From NCBI GenBank assembly GCA_041288095.1, contig JBGGMJ010000169.1, positions 1-37,456 of the forward strand: a stretch of 37,456 nucleotides of DNA. The letters run 5' to 3'. Position 1 is the first letter of the stretch, and every line of letters begins with the position of its first letter. The notes under the pieces were generated by a model. It was not told where the DNA came from. It searched no databases and worked only from the letters and a program-made list of their open reading frames with translations. The position numbers and the translations under genes are program-made. Below are positions 1 to 9,035 of this stretch, piece after piece. The DNA comes from Myxococcota bacterium. GTDB taxonomy: Bacteria; Myxococcota; XYA12-FULL-58-9; JALHOP01.

Positions 1-756
1 GAGACGGGCGCGGTCGTCCGCCTGACGCGCGATCTGCACCGTGCGCTCGGCGACGCGCCGCTCGAGGTCGGCATTCACTTGCAGCAAGTCGCGCTTGGCG
101 CCCGCGAGCTCGTGCACCAGGCCCTGATTCTCGAACCGCAACCGGAGCGACGCGACGATGGCGCGACTGATGTTGCGTGCCACACCCGACATGAGCAGCG
201 CGAAGAGAGCCGCCATCGCGGACAACCAGAGATGCGAGGCGTCGCCCAGCGCGGCGAGCTTCACCACCAGCGGCAGGATCGACGGCAAGAAGTAGGCGTA
301 GAACGCGGGCAGGTAGCACGAGATGGTGCCCGCGGCGCTCGCGCCCATGCCGGCGAGCACGAACACCACAACGAGCTGCGCGACCAACGAGCCTTCGGTG
401 GGAAAGAGCGCGCCTGCCACGCCCCAGAGAACGCCGGCTGCGCAAGAGCCCGCCACGGCGCGTCTTGCCCAGGTGGCGGTCTCGGCCGGGCCACGTGGTG
501 AGGCCGTGTAGGCATGGCGGAGCCGCCACCGGACGATTGCCATGAGGGAGATCGCCGCCGTCCAGCCGAGCAGCAGGCCATGTGCGACGGCCTGCCACAG
601 CGCGCAGGTGACGATGACCGCGTTGACCACGTTGGCCAGCAAGACGAAGACGCCTTGCCGATAGAGCTGGCGTACCTGTTCGGAGGCGACGCGGGCTTCG
701 ATGGGGACGGGAGCACCATTGTCGCCGTGCTCGGTGCGTTGGAAGGGGCGATCCAA
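1..756 (-). CDS. Membrane-bound sensor protein (likely histidine kinase or GGDEF protein), N-terminal part, truncated by the window edge
   Basis: Not in the ORF track because there is no stop in the window. Manual translation from a TTG at 756 (preceded by GGACAGG) gives several TM helices (VFVLLANVVNAVIVTCALW, GVLWGVAGALF, LVVVFVLAGMGASAAG, AFYAYFLPSILPLVV), then LRLRFEN and an S-helix-like coiled coil NADLERRVAERT, typical of multi-TM sensor kinases. Confidence 0.75.
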   Translation of the reverse strand, partial: MDRPFQRTEHGDNGAPVPIEARVASEQVRQLYRQGVFVLLANVVNAVIVTCALWQAVAHGLLLGWTAAISLMAIVRWRLRHAYTASPRGPAETATWARRAVAGSCAAGVLWGVAGALFPTEGSLVAQLVVVFVLAGMGASAAGTISCYLPAFYAYFLPSILPLVVKLAALGDASHLWLSAMAALFALLMSGVARNISRAIVASLRLRFENQGLVHELAGAKRDLLQVNADLERRVAERTVQIARQADDRARL

Positions 757-801
757 GGCCTGTCCAGTATGACCCGGTCCGGGCGCCGTGCAAGCCGGAC
801 G

Positions 802-1791
802 TCAGCCCAAGACGACGATGCTCTTTCCGCGTGCCCCGCCGCGAGCCAGGGTCTCGAGGGCGGTGACCGCCTGCTCGAGTGGATAGCGCTGTTCAATCGC
901 GGGCTTGAGCTTTCCGTTCTCCACCAGCTTCTTGAGCGTCGCGAGGTCGCTCTCGGTGACCTTCGCGTTGACGCTGACGAGCTTCTGGCGCGAGCCGAGG
1001 GAGCCGATGGCCGCCGCGAGCGCGCGCTCGATGAAGCCGCCCGTCCAGGCATTGCCACCTTCGCCACCAACGATGGCAAGCACGCCGTTGGGGGCCAACA
1101 CCGAGCGCAGCTCTTTCACGCCGCGCATGCCCGCGGTGTCGATGACGACGTCCCAGCGGCGCTCGGAAGCGCTCAATGGCCCACGTGTGTAGTCGATGAC
1201 GTCGTCGGCGCCGAGGCCGCGCACGAAGTCGAGCTTCGCGGTGCTGCAGACGCCGGTGACGGTCGCGCCATAGGTCTTGGCTATTTGGACCGCGTAGTGA
1301 CCGACGCCGCCGGCGGCGCCGATGACGAGCACCTTCGAATCGTCGCCGACGTGTCCGTGATCGCGGATGCATTGGAGAGCCGTGCACCCGGAGACCGCCA
1401 GCGCGGACGCGTCCTCGAGGGTGAGGTTCGCCGGCTTCGGCGCGCACCGAGCTTCGGGCAGACAGGCGTAGTCCGCCAGCGTGCCCGTGCCCGTGGCGTC
1501 GCAATTGCCGAAAATCTCGTCACCCGGCTTGAAGCGCGTCACCTTTGCTCCGATCGCTTCGACGACGCCGGCGGCGTCCCATCCGGCGACTGGCACGCGC
1601 GGGCCGGAGAACCCGAAGCCCATCGCTCGGATCATGAGCGGTCGTCCCGTCATCAGGTGCCAAATGCCCGGGTCGAGGCCGACGGCGCGGACGCGGATGA
1701 GCACCGCATCGTCCGCTGGAGCGGGCTTCGGCCATTCGACGATGCGCAGGTCGGAAAGGGGGCCGTACTTCTTCTGGACGAGTGCTCTCAC
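802..1791 (-). CDS. NAD(P)-dependent medium-chain dehydrogenase/reductase (quinone-oxidoreductase-like)
   Basis: GWDAAGVVEAIG GroES-like segment, Rossmann motif VLVIGAAGGVGHYAVQIAK, LGADDVIDY, C-terminal ARGKSIV. The GTG start overlaps the upstream TGA (GTGA). Confidence 0.9.
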   Translation of the reverse strand: MRALVQKKYGPLSDLRIVEWPKPAPADDAVLIRVRAVGLDPGIWHLMTGRPLMIRAMGFGFSGPRVPVAGWDAAGVVEAIGAKVTRFKPGDEIFGNCDATGTGTLADYACLPEARCAPKPANLTLEDASALAVSGCTALQCIRDHGHVGDDSKVLVIGAAGGVGHYAVQIAKTYGATVTGVCSTAKLDFVRGLGADDVIDYTRGPLSASERRWDVVIDTAGMRGVKELRSVLAPNGVLAIVGGEGGNAWTGGFIERALAAAIGSLGSRQKLVSVNAKVTESDLATLKKLVENGKLKPAIEQRYPLEQAVTALETLARGGARGKSIVVLG

Positions 1792-2216
1792 GCGGTGGCG
1801 GCGCGTCGCGCGATCCGTCTCAGCAGACGTCTGACGATCACCCGGTGCGCGCCGCTACCGATCACCATCGCTCGATACGCCTTGCCGCGCCAGCCTGGAA
1901 ATTCGCCGTAGCTCTCGGCGGTGATGGACGCGTCGTCGATGACGAAAACGAGGGCGTAGCGCGAGAAATGATGGCTGCCGCGCAGCTCGATGCGGGCGGG
2001 CCTTCGGGACTCGGTGACCGCGAAGCCCGTGATGGTCGCATCGCCCAAGTCACCCGACCAGTCACCGCCACGGGTCGCCGGAGCGCAGCCCAAGAGCCGC
2101 GCGAAGCGCTCGTTGCTCAGGTCGCGGCTCAAGGTCGCGACCAACGCGTTCCACGTCTTCGCGGCGTCCGCGACTGTCGGCTGCCGGTGTGCATCGATGA
2201 AGGGGAGGTCGATCAC
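1788..2216 (-). CDS. Conserved hypothetical protein, possible SRPBCC/START-like fold (142 aa)
   Basis: 3' part of ORF 1788..2849. A GTG at 2216 overlaps the upstream stop (GTGA). The pattern LPFIDAH...ELRGSHHFSRYALVF...FPGWRGKAYRAMVIGSGAHRVIVRRLLRRI resembles a small conserved hypothetical family; the fold is inferred. Confidence 0.65.
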   Translation of the reverse strand: MIDLPFIDAHRQPTVADAAKTWNALVATLSRDLSNERFARLLGCAPATRGGDWSGDLGDATITGFAVTESRRPARIELRGSHHFSRYALVFVIDDASITAESYGEFPGWRGKAYRAMVIGSGAHRVIVRRLLRRIARRAATA

Positions 2217-2551
2217 TTCAGAGGGAGCTTCATCTCGGCCGTGACCAAACGCCAGATCGCTTCGGCCGTTCCGTGCTCGAGCCCCGGCACCGCGGTGCTG
2301 ATGTCGAGGTAGTGGCGACCGGTCGTCACGTGGAAGTCGATGTGCGCGCCGCGCAAGAGGCCACGCACCGTGTACTTGTTGGGACCCTTGGTCTCGACGC
2401 TCGCCGACAAGTAGCCACCATCGATGTTGCCGCTGATGAAGCGTCGGTTCCCGAGCGGCCGTTGGTACTCCATGATGCCGATGGTCCCGGCGGGAATCGG
2501 CCGGTCGTGGTTGATGCGAAACTCTAGGTCTGCGCTCATGGGTCTGAACAT
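2213..2551 (-). CDS. Hypothetical protein (112 aa), possible partner/immunity protein of the upstream metallopeptidase-like gene
   Basis: ATG 12 nt after the upstream stop with AAGAGA in between, and its stop overlaps the next start. No recognisable domain. Confidence 0.6.
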   Translation of the reverse strand: MFRPMSADLEFRINHDRPIPAGTIGIMEYQRPLGNRRFISGNIDGGYLSASVETKGPNKYTVRGLLRGAHIDFHVTTGRHYLDISTAVPGLEHGTAEAIWRLVTAEMKLPLK

Positions 2552-2563
2552 GGCTTGTCTCTT

Positions 2564-3376
2564 TTAGCGGATGCGCCGCTTGGGGTAGGTCCAGTCGTGA
2601 TCTTGTTCCGCGGCGCACATCCCGAGGACGTCGGCGACGACCTCCTGGCGCTCCGGTCTGCGCAAGCCGCGCCGGATCTCCCACTTGGCGCTCTCGACGT
2701 TGCGGTAGAACTCGACGAAGCGCACGAAGTAGGGATGGAGATCGCGCGCCAAGGTCCCGAGCGCTCGGCCGTCGAGCGCGAGGTCGGCGTTGAGCGCGTC
2801 CGAGCCCGGTGGCTTGTGATAGGGCACGCCGTGCACGAGCTGGAACCACATCTGCACTGGGTGCACCGTGAAGATGGAGCGCACCGCTTGAGGGTCGTGC
2901 GCGACGTGGATGAGCTCGCGGCCCACCAGCGCCTCGCGAAAGTAGGCCTGTGACTCCTCGAAGAGAACCGAGCGGACGTATTGCTCTTTGCTCTGGGCGT
3001 CGACGTCACAGCCGTTGCGGTTCATGTGAAAGCGCGCGTGCGTTACCTCGTGGACGAAATCGAGGGCCGTGCGTGCCGTGACCTGCGTGCGATTGAGGAC
3101 GATGAGCTTGCCGCCGCGGACATAGCCGGCGCCGCCCTTGCGGGTGTCGAAGGCGAGGGTGATGCCATGGTCGATGAAGAGCTGCACGTCGTCGCGGCCG
3201 CTCGGGCTTTGCACGAGCAAACCGAAGACCTCGGCGGCGTGCTCGCGGTCGACTTGGGAGCTGCCGTCGCGTAATAGCGCCACGGCTTGCTCTCGGATAG
3301 GTACGCTAGAGCGGACGGCGGTCGCCGTCGGCTTGGCGCCACGGGCGAGTCGCCGGGTCCAGTCCAACGCCGTCAC
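2564..3376 (-). CDS. Orphan putative zinc metallopeptidase (HEXXH), 270 aa
   Basis: DFVHEVTHARFH motif plus a downstream acidic motif (LFEESQAY) that could supply the third Zn ligand. The GTG start is 2 nt after the ilvE stop. Confidence 0.65.
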   Translation of the reverse strand: MTALDWTRRLARGAKPTATAVRSSVPIREQAVALLRDGSSQVDREHAAEVFGLLVQSPSGRDDVQLFIDHGITLAFDTRKGGAGYVRGGKLIVLNRTQVTARTALDFVHEVTHARFHMNRNGCDVDAQSKEQYVRSVLFEESQAYFREALVGRELIHVAHDPQAVRSIFTVHPVQMWFQLVHGVPYHKPPGSDALNADLALDGRALGTLARDLHPYFVRFVEFYRNVESAKWEIRRGLRRPERQEVVADVLGMCAAEQDHDWTYPKRRIR

Positions 3377-3378
3377 GG

Positions 3379-4341
3379 TCAGGCCCGCTTCGACGAGCTC
3401 GGCTCATCCTGCATGACCGCGAGATGCGGTCCCACGTAGTCGAGCCACTCGGCGGATCGCGCGTGCTTGCCGCGCACCGCGTCGCCGTACGCCCGCTGAA
3501 GCGTGCGCGCCACCGGACCCATGGTGCCGTTACCGACCATGCGGTCGTCGATCTCACGTAGCGCGATCACTTCGGCGGCGGTGCCGCACACGAAGACTTC
3601 GTCGGCCGCGTAGAGCATGTCACGCGATAGCGGACGCTCGTCCACAGTGTATCCGTGATCGCCCGCCAGGATGGATAGCGCTTCGCGGGTGATGCCGTCG
3701 AGCACCGGAGCCGACGGTGTCGTGAAGATCTTGTTCTTGCGGACGATGAAGAGATTCTCGCCAGTGCATTCGGCCACGTAGCCTTGAGGGTCGAGCATGA
3801 TGGCCTCGTCGTAACCCAGGCGCACCGACTCGGACTTCGCGAGGAACGAGTTGACGTAATTCCCGGAGACCTTCGCCTTGGTCATCATGACGTTCGGGTG
3901 ATGGCGCGTGAACGAGGCGACGTTGGCGCGGACGCCGTGCTCCATGGCCTCGGCGCCGAGGTACGCCTTCCATTCCCACACGGCGATGCCGACGTGCGCG
4001 GTGGTGTTGGCGATGTTCAGGTTCCAGCCGCCTTCGGCCAGATACACGAGCGGTCGGATGTAACACTCGGTGAGGCCGTTGGCGGCGACCGTGAGCTTGG
4101 CGGCGGCGCAAAGCTCCGCCTCGGTATACGGCAGCGACTTCCAGCCGAGGATGCGCGCCGACATCTCCAGACGCTTCATGTGCTCCTTGAGTCGGAACAC
4201 CGCGGGACCGCGATCGGTTTGGTAGCAGCGGATGCCTTCGAAGACGCCGATGCCGTAGTGGAGCCCAGGGGTCATGAAATGGAGGGTCGCCTCGCCGTAG
4301 GGCACCAACTTCCCGTTCATCCAGATGGTTTTCGACCGCAT
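3379..4341 (-). CDS. ilvE: Branched-chain amino acid aminotransferase (class IV PLP enzyme)
   Basis: IWMNGKLV, LHYGIGVFEGIRCY, YIRPLVY, AKVSGNYVNS (PLP lysine), ECTGENLF, LDGITR, ADEVFVCGTAAEV. Confidence 0.95.
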   Translation of the reverse strand: MRSKTIWMNGKLVPYGEATLHFMTPGLHYGIGVFEGIRCYQTDRGPAVFRLKEHMKRLEMSARILGWKSLPYTEAELCAAAKLTVAANGLTECYIRPLVYLAEGGWNLNIANTTAHVGIAVWEWKAYLGAEAMEHGVRANVASFTRHHPNVMMTKAKVSGNYVNSFLAKSESVRLGYDEAIMLDPQGYVAECTGENLFIVRKNKIFTTPSAPVLDGITREALSILAGDHGYTVDERPLSRDMLYAADEVFVCGTAAEVIALREIDDRMVGNGTMGPVARTLQRAYGDAVRGKHARSAEWLDYVGPHLAVMQDEPSSSKRA

Positions 4342-4427
4342 CCCGCCGTCCTCATTTGGCCAATAGACCCCGATTTACGGGGGTCTCGTTGATTATCGTC
4401 TGGTTGCGTCAAGTGTTTCGGTCTTTC

Positions 4428-4456
4428 TTGACCCTTTCGCTGGCCAGCCATAAGGT
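4428..4456 (+). promoter_or_regulatory. Putative sigma-70 promoter of the PPIase gene
   Basis: TTGACC (4428-4433), 17 nt spacer, TAAGGT (4451-4456), upstream of RBS AAGGAG and the ATG at 4494. Confidence 0.5.
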
Positions 4457-4493
4457 CCGCGCCGTTCGTCCCTCGAAGGAGACCACGCAAATC

Positions 4494-5684
4494 ATGTTCC
4501 GCGTCTCGTTCCGTGCCGTTCCCCTGCGCGCCACCATCGTCGCCCTCGGCCTGCTTGGTCTGTCGGTCGCCTGCAACCGTAAGCTGCCCGACTCCGAGGT
4601 CGCGGCCCGGGTCAACGACCAGCCGATCACCAAGAAAGAGTTCGAGGAGGCTTCGGAGCGCAACCTCGCGCGCTACCGCAATCAGGGCCACCAGCTGCAG
4701 CCGAATATCGAAGCGCGCATCCGCGAAAGCGTTCTGCGTCGTATGATCGAGGACAAGATCATCGAGCTCAAGGCCAAGGAGACCCAGGTCACGGTCACCG
4801 ACGAGGAGCTCAATACGAAGTTCGCCGAGCAGAAGGCGCGCTTCCGCACCGACGAGGCGTTCAAAGACTACTTGCAGCGCTCGCAGAACACCGAAGCGCA
4901 AATGAAGGACGAGCTGAAGCGCAACATGCTGCGCGACCGGCTTGTCGAGAAGATGTCGGGTGAGATCGCCGTCACCGACGAAGACGTGAAGAAGTTCTAC
5001 GACGAGAACATCAACCGCTTCAAAGACCGCGAGCAGGTGAAGCTCTCGCGCATCGTCTTGCGCGTGGCGCCGACCGCGACCGAAGCGGAGCGCAAGAAGG
5101 CGAAGGCCAAGGCGACCGACCTCGGCAAGCAGGCCAAGAAGGCGAACGCCGACTTCGCGAAGCTCGCGCGTGACAACTCGAACGGACCCGAAGCCGCCAA
5201 AGGCGGTGACCTAGGCTTCCTTTATCGCGGGCGCATGCAGCCCGAGTTCGACGCGGTCGCTTTCGCGCTCAAGCCGGGCGAGGTCTCCGACGTCGTCGAG
5301 ACCAAGATGGGCTACGAAGTCATCAAGGTCGAGGAGCGCAAGGAAGAGCGTGTCCGTCCAGTCGAGGAAGTGACCGACACCATCCGCACCTCGCTGCTCG
5401 CTCGTAAGCGCAACGACAAGCGCCGCGAGATCCTTCGCGACCTCAAGGCCAACGCCAAGGTCGAGCAAATCTTGAAGTTCGAGCTGCCGGCGGGGCTGCA
5501 ACCCGCCGAGATCGATCCGACAGCTCCGCGCCTGCCGGGGGCTCCGGGGCAGCCGAACTTGCCGCCGCAAGGCGCCGAAATCGATCCGCATGCCGTGCCG
5601 CCGCCGGGTGGCATCGCGCCGCCGCAGCAGGTTGTGGTGCCGCCTCCGCCTGCGCCTCCGCCCGCGCCCGCGCCGAATCCGTAG
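4494..5684 (+). CDS. SurA/PrsA-like parvulin peptidyl-prolyl isomerase, lipoprotein
   Basis: Start moved from 4356 to the ATG at 4494 (AAGGAG RBS). Lipobox LSVAC, VAARVNDQPIT SurA-N segment, rotamase motifs FAKLARDNS, KGGDLGF, MQPEFDAVAFALKPGEVSDVVETKMGYEVIKV, and a Pro-rich tail. Confidence 0.9.
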   Translation: MFRVSFRAVPLRATIVALGLLGLSVACNRKLPDSEVAARVNDQPITKKEFEEASERNLARYRNQGHQLQPNIEARIRESVLRRMIEDKIIELKAKETQVTVTDEELNTKFAEQKARFRTDEAFKDYLQRSQNTEAQMKDELKRNMLRDRLVEKMSGEIAVTDEDVKKFYDENINRFKDREQVKLSRIVLRVAPTATEAERKKAKAKATDLGKQAKKANADFAKLARDNSNGPEAAKGGDLGFLYRGRMQPEFDAVAFALKPGEVSDVVETKMGYEVIKVEERKEERVRPVEEVTDTIRTSLLARKRNDKRREILRDLKANAKVEQILKFELPAGLQPAEIDPTAPRLPGAPGQPNLPPQGAEIDPHAVPPPGGIAPPQQVVVPPPPAPPPAPAPNP

Positions 5685-5702
5685 CCGCTACCCGATTTCG
5701 GA

Positions 5703-7427
5703 CTACTCGACGGCCGCGTCGACGCGCACCACGGGGTACGCGTCCCGCAGGCGGTCGTGCGCCGGGTGGCGCCGGTAGAAGAAGTCGATGCGCTCGGCCT
5801 CCGAGGCACCGCTCTTCACCAAGGCGTCGAACTCCTTCTTCACCTGCGCGTCGGCGGCGAGCAGCTTCTGCGCGAACGGCTCTAGCACCATGAGCTCCAC
5901 GTACTCACGGGCCTCGAAGACCGCGTTCATGAAGCCCCAGGTCACGAGCGAATCGGGCGCCTGTGGCTCCAGCAGATGCATGGCCATGACGCCGCCGCGC
6001 TGGGCGATCGGCACGTAGAGAGAGCCGGGCAGGATGTCGCCCTTCTCGGCGCGCCAGCTGCCCGCGATCTCCACACGCGTGCGTCCCTCGGTGGTGCGCG
6101 GCGCGACCTTGACCGTGCTCGCCTGAAACACCTCGCGTCCGACCGATCCGCCGTTGACGACGAGCTTCGTGGTGATGCCGTGCGCGGCCAGCACGGGGGA
6201 AACGACCGCCACCCAAGGCGGCGGCACGATGTATCCGCCGCGCGGCGCTTTCACGGTTAGTGATGGCGCGACATCGCGCAGCATCGGCGTTTTCCAAAGC
6301 TTCGGACGGCTCGGGTCGAACTGCACCCAGCGCTTGCCGGTGATCACCGAAGGCAGCTCCTTGTAGGCGACGCCGCGGAACTCGATCACTTTCGGGGTGC
6401 CGGTCGGCGCGAAGGCGAGAGCTACCTCGGTGCCGCCGATGTTCGCCATGGCGACTTGCGCGGCGTTCGATGCCGCGGTGAGCGCCGCGCCGTCGTCGCG
6501 GACGACCTCGAGCACGCCGAGCAACGCATCGCGGGACGCGCGGACGCGCCGCGCGTTGCTCTTGAGCGCATGACTCTCGACGAGCACACCGAAGCGGTGC
6601 CACTGCGGCCAGTAGGCCTGCGAAAAGCGCGGCGAGGCGACGCCGTTCGCCCAACCCGACAGCGGCCGCGTCTCGTCCTCCGCGGAAGGATAGAAATCGA
6701 GCGGCAGGTGCCCCGCGGTGCGGAGCTTCGTCATCAACGCGCTCGAGACCTTGTCGCCAGCTTCGCGCATCGCGGCGGCCCAGCCGAAGCGCGGCTCGAC
6801 CATGATGGCGACGTCGGGTTGGAAGTCCATGCCGTTGGTGGTGTGCAAATCGACGTAGACCAACGGATCCCACTTGCGTAGCAACGCCAGCATGGCGCGG
6901 GTCTCGGGAGTGTCCGCTTTGGCGTAGTCACGATTCAGATTCAAGCGCTGCGCCGTGACCCGAAACCCGGGGGTCTCGGGGCCGAGCTGGTTGGGGCGGT
7001 TCGCGGGAGCGACGTTTTCGTGACCGTCGACGTTGTAGACCGGCACGAACACCAGGGTGACGCGGCCGAGCAGCCCGGGCGCGGTTTTTCCCTCGAGCAG
7101 ATCGCGCGCCAGCGCCAGGCCCGCGTCCTTGCCGTCTAGCTCTCCGGCGTGGATCGCGCCTTGTGCCAAAACGACATGTCGGCCCTTGGCGCGGGCGTCA
7201 TCCGGGGTCAGTCCGCCGTCCTCGGCGAGCGTCAGGACATGCATTGGTCGGCCTTCCGGCGTCGTCCCGAACACGTCGCAGCGCGCTTTGGCCGGGTAGA
7301 GCTCGGCCAGGGTTTTGCAGAACCCAATGACCTCGTCGTAGCGCCCACTTTGGACGTAACGTGTGCGCTCAGCGACGGTTTCGAGGGGCGGGGCGGTCAG
7401 GATGCCGGCCAGCAGCATGGGAAGCAT
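5703..7427 (-). CDS. M14 family zinc carboxypeptidase, exported
   Basis: Zn-ligand motif IHAGELDGK, PVYNVDGHE, NLNRDY, YVDLHTTNG; short hydrophobic N-terminus. Confidence 0.9.
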   Translation of the reverse strand: MLPMLLAGILTAPPLETVAERTRYVQSGRYDEVIGFCKTLAELYPAKARCDVFGTTPEGRPMHVLTLAEDGGLTPDDARAKGRHVVLAQGAIHAGELDGKDAGLALARDLLEGKTAPGLLGRVTLVFVPVYNVDGHENVAPANRPNQLGPETPGFRVTAQRLNLNRDYAKADTPETRAMLALLRKWDPLVYVDLHTTNGMDFQPDVAIMVEPRFGWAAAMREAGDKVSSALMTKLRTAGHLPLDFYPSAEDETRPLSGWANGVASPRFSQAYWPQWHRFGVLVESHALKSNARRVRASRDALLGVLEVVRDDGAALTAASNAAQVAMANIGGTEVALAFAPTGTPKVIEFRGVAYKELPSVITGKRWVQFDPSRPKLWKTPMLRDVAPSLTVKAPRGGYIVPPPWVAVVSPVLAAHGITTKLVVNGGSVGREVFQASTVKVAPRTTEGRTRVEIAGSWRAEKGDILPGSLYVPIAQRGGVMAMHLLEPQAPDSLVTWGFMNAVFEAREYVELMVLEPFAQKLLAADAQVKKEFDALVKSGASEAERIDFFYRRHPAHDRLRDAYPVVRVDAAVE

Positions 7428-7489
7428 GTTTGGCCTATTACCATGGGACGTGGCTTGAACGACGCTTCATACGCTATACTAGGGGCTGA

Positions 7490-9028
7490 ATGACGGCGGA
7501 CGCCTCTTTGGGCAGCGGCGGGCTCGGGCATCCCGGGAGCGACGCGCACACCTTCGGCTACGAAGAAGCGCCGCGCGTCCTCGTCGTTGACGACGAGGCG
7601 GTCATCCTCGACGTCATCAAGGACGTGCTCGAGTACGAAGGCTTCGTCGTCGGCACGGCAAGCGACGGGGCCAGCGCGTTCCGCGAGCTCGGTCGCGAGC
7701 ACTACGACATCGTGCTCACCGATCTGAAGATGCCCGGTGTCGACGGCCTCGAGCTCATGCAACGCATGCGCTCCGAGGGCCTCCCGACCAAGACGATCAT
7801 GATGACCGGCTTCGGCACCGTCGAGACCGCCGTCGACGCCATGAAGAAGGGCGCTTTCGACTACATCCTGAAGCCCTTCAAGCCCGAGGACGTGGTGCGG
7901 TTGCTGCGTCGGGCGTTGGACAAGCAAAGGCTCGAGCGTGAGAACGTCGCGCTCCGCGAAACGCTCGGCTACTACGAGCTGTCCGAAGCGCTCGCCTCCG
8001 GCATGCCGCTCAGCGATCAGCTACAGCTCATCGTCGAGCTCATCCGCGAAAACTTCCAAGCCGACGGCGTCTCGATCATCACCAACGACCCGCGTGATGC
8101 CGGGAAGTTCATCGCTCGCGCCTCGACCGGCGTCGCCAACGTCATGCCGCGCATCGAGCATCTGCTCGAGCGCTTCAAGGGCGAAGCTCGCGTACTCGCC
8201 CACGGCGGCGACGTACAGCAGTTCTTGGTGAACGCCAAGACCGCGGAGCACGTTGCCCAGAGCTTCATCTCCGCGCCGCTCCGCGTTCGCGGACAGACGG
8301 TCGGCATCATCTTCGCCGTGTCGGTCCGCGCCGGTCACCGCTTCACCGAGGGTCAACGCAAGGGCCTCGCGGTGCTCTCGAGCCGCGCCGCGAGCGCCAT
8401 CGAGAACAACCGCATGCACGAAGGGCTGCGCAGCACCTTCACCGAGACCATCGAAGGTTTGGCGCGGGCGCTCGAGGCCAAGGACCCATACACCGCCGGC
8501 CACTCCGACCGCGTCGCGGTTTACGCGCGCCTCATCGCTCAGTCACTCGGCATGTCGCAGCCCGACATCGACCGTGTCTATCATGGCGGACTGATGCACG
8601 ACATCGGCAAGATCGGCATCAACCTCTCGGTCCTCAACAAGCCGCAAAAGCTCACCGAGGCCGAATACGAGATGTTCAAGAGCCACACGGTGAAGGGCAA
8701 GCGCATCGTCGAGCCCATCAGCTTCTTGAATCACCTCATCCCGTTCATCTACTCGCATCACGAAGCCTGGAACGGCCGCGGTTATCCCGATGGCCTCGCG
8801 GGCACGGATATTCCCTTCGACGGCCGCTTGATGGCGGTGGCCGACAGCTACGACGCCATGACCTCGAACCGCCCGTATCGCAAAGCTCTGCCCCACGACA
8901 TCGCGATCCTCGAGCTGACGCGTTGCTCGGCGAAACAATTCGACGGCGACGTCGTCAAAGCGTTCCTCGCCGTCATCGACGAGTTCCGTAGACAGCGGCG
9001 TGAGCAGGGCTTGTCGACCCCGGATTGA
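7490..9028 (+). CDS. Response regulator with REC, GAF and HD-GYP domains (c-di-GMP phosphodiesterase family)
   Basis: REC: VLVVDDE, TDLKMPGVDG, MTGFG, YILKPF. GAF-like: FISAPLRVRGQTVGII. HD-GYP: KDPYTAGHSDRV, HDIGKIG, HHEAWNGRGYPDGL, VADSYDAMTSNRPYRK. Confidence 0.92.
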   Translation: MTADASLGSGGLGHPGSDAHTFGYEEAPRVLVVDDEAVILDVIKDVLEYEGFVVGTASDGASAFRELGREHYDIVLTDLKMPGVDGLELMQRMRSEGLPTKTIMMTGFGTVETAVDAMKKGAFDYILKPFKPEDVVRLLRRALDKQRLERENVALRETLGYYELSEALASGMPLSDQLQLIVELIRENFQADGVSIITNDPRDAGKFIARASTGVANVMPRIEHLLERFKGEARVLAHGGDVQQFLVNAKTAEHVAQSFISAPLRVRGQTVGIIFAVSVRAGHRFTEGQRKGLAVLSSRAASAIENNRMHEGLRSTFTETIEGLARALEAKDPYTAGHSDRVAVYARLIAQSLGMSQPDIDRVYHGGLMHDIGKIGINLSVLNKPQKLTEAEYEMFKSHTVKGKRIVEPISFLNHLIPFIYSHHEAWNGRGYPDGLAGTDIPFDGRLMAVADSYDAMTSNRPYRKALPHDIAILELTRCSAKQFDGDVVKAFLAVIDEFRRQRREQGLSTPD

Positions 9029-9035
9029 TCCGTTG

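Noticed and set aside
514..1911. 465-aa plus-strand ORF, and similar long antisense ORFs (9432-10781, 13812-15263, 19862-21220, 21470-22786, 22874-24934, 33631-35298)
   Set aside because: Shadow ORFs opposite better-supported genes. They are expected in high-GC DNA and show no recognisable motifs.
1788..2849. 353-aa ORF as a single gene
   Set aside because: Its 5' part overlaps two better ORFs on the same strand and is Arg-rich noise. Only 1788-2216 looks coding.
4365..4386. Inverted repeat AGACCCC-N8-GGGGTCT upstream of ilvE
   Set aside because: A single short palindrome. It could be an operator or hairpin, but there is no second copy or recognisable regulator to support a call.
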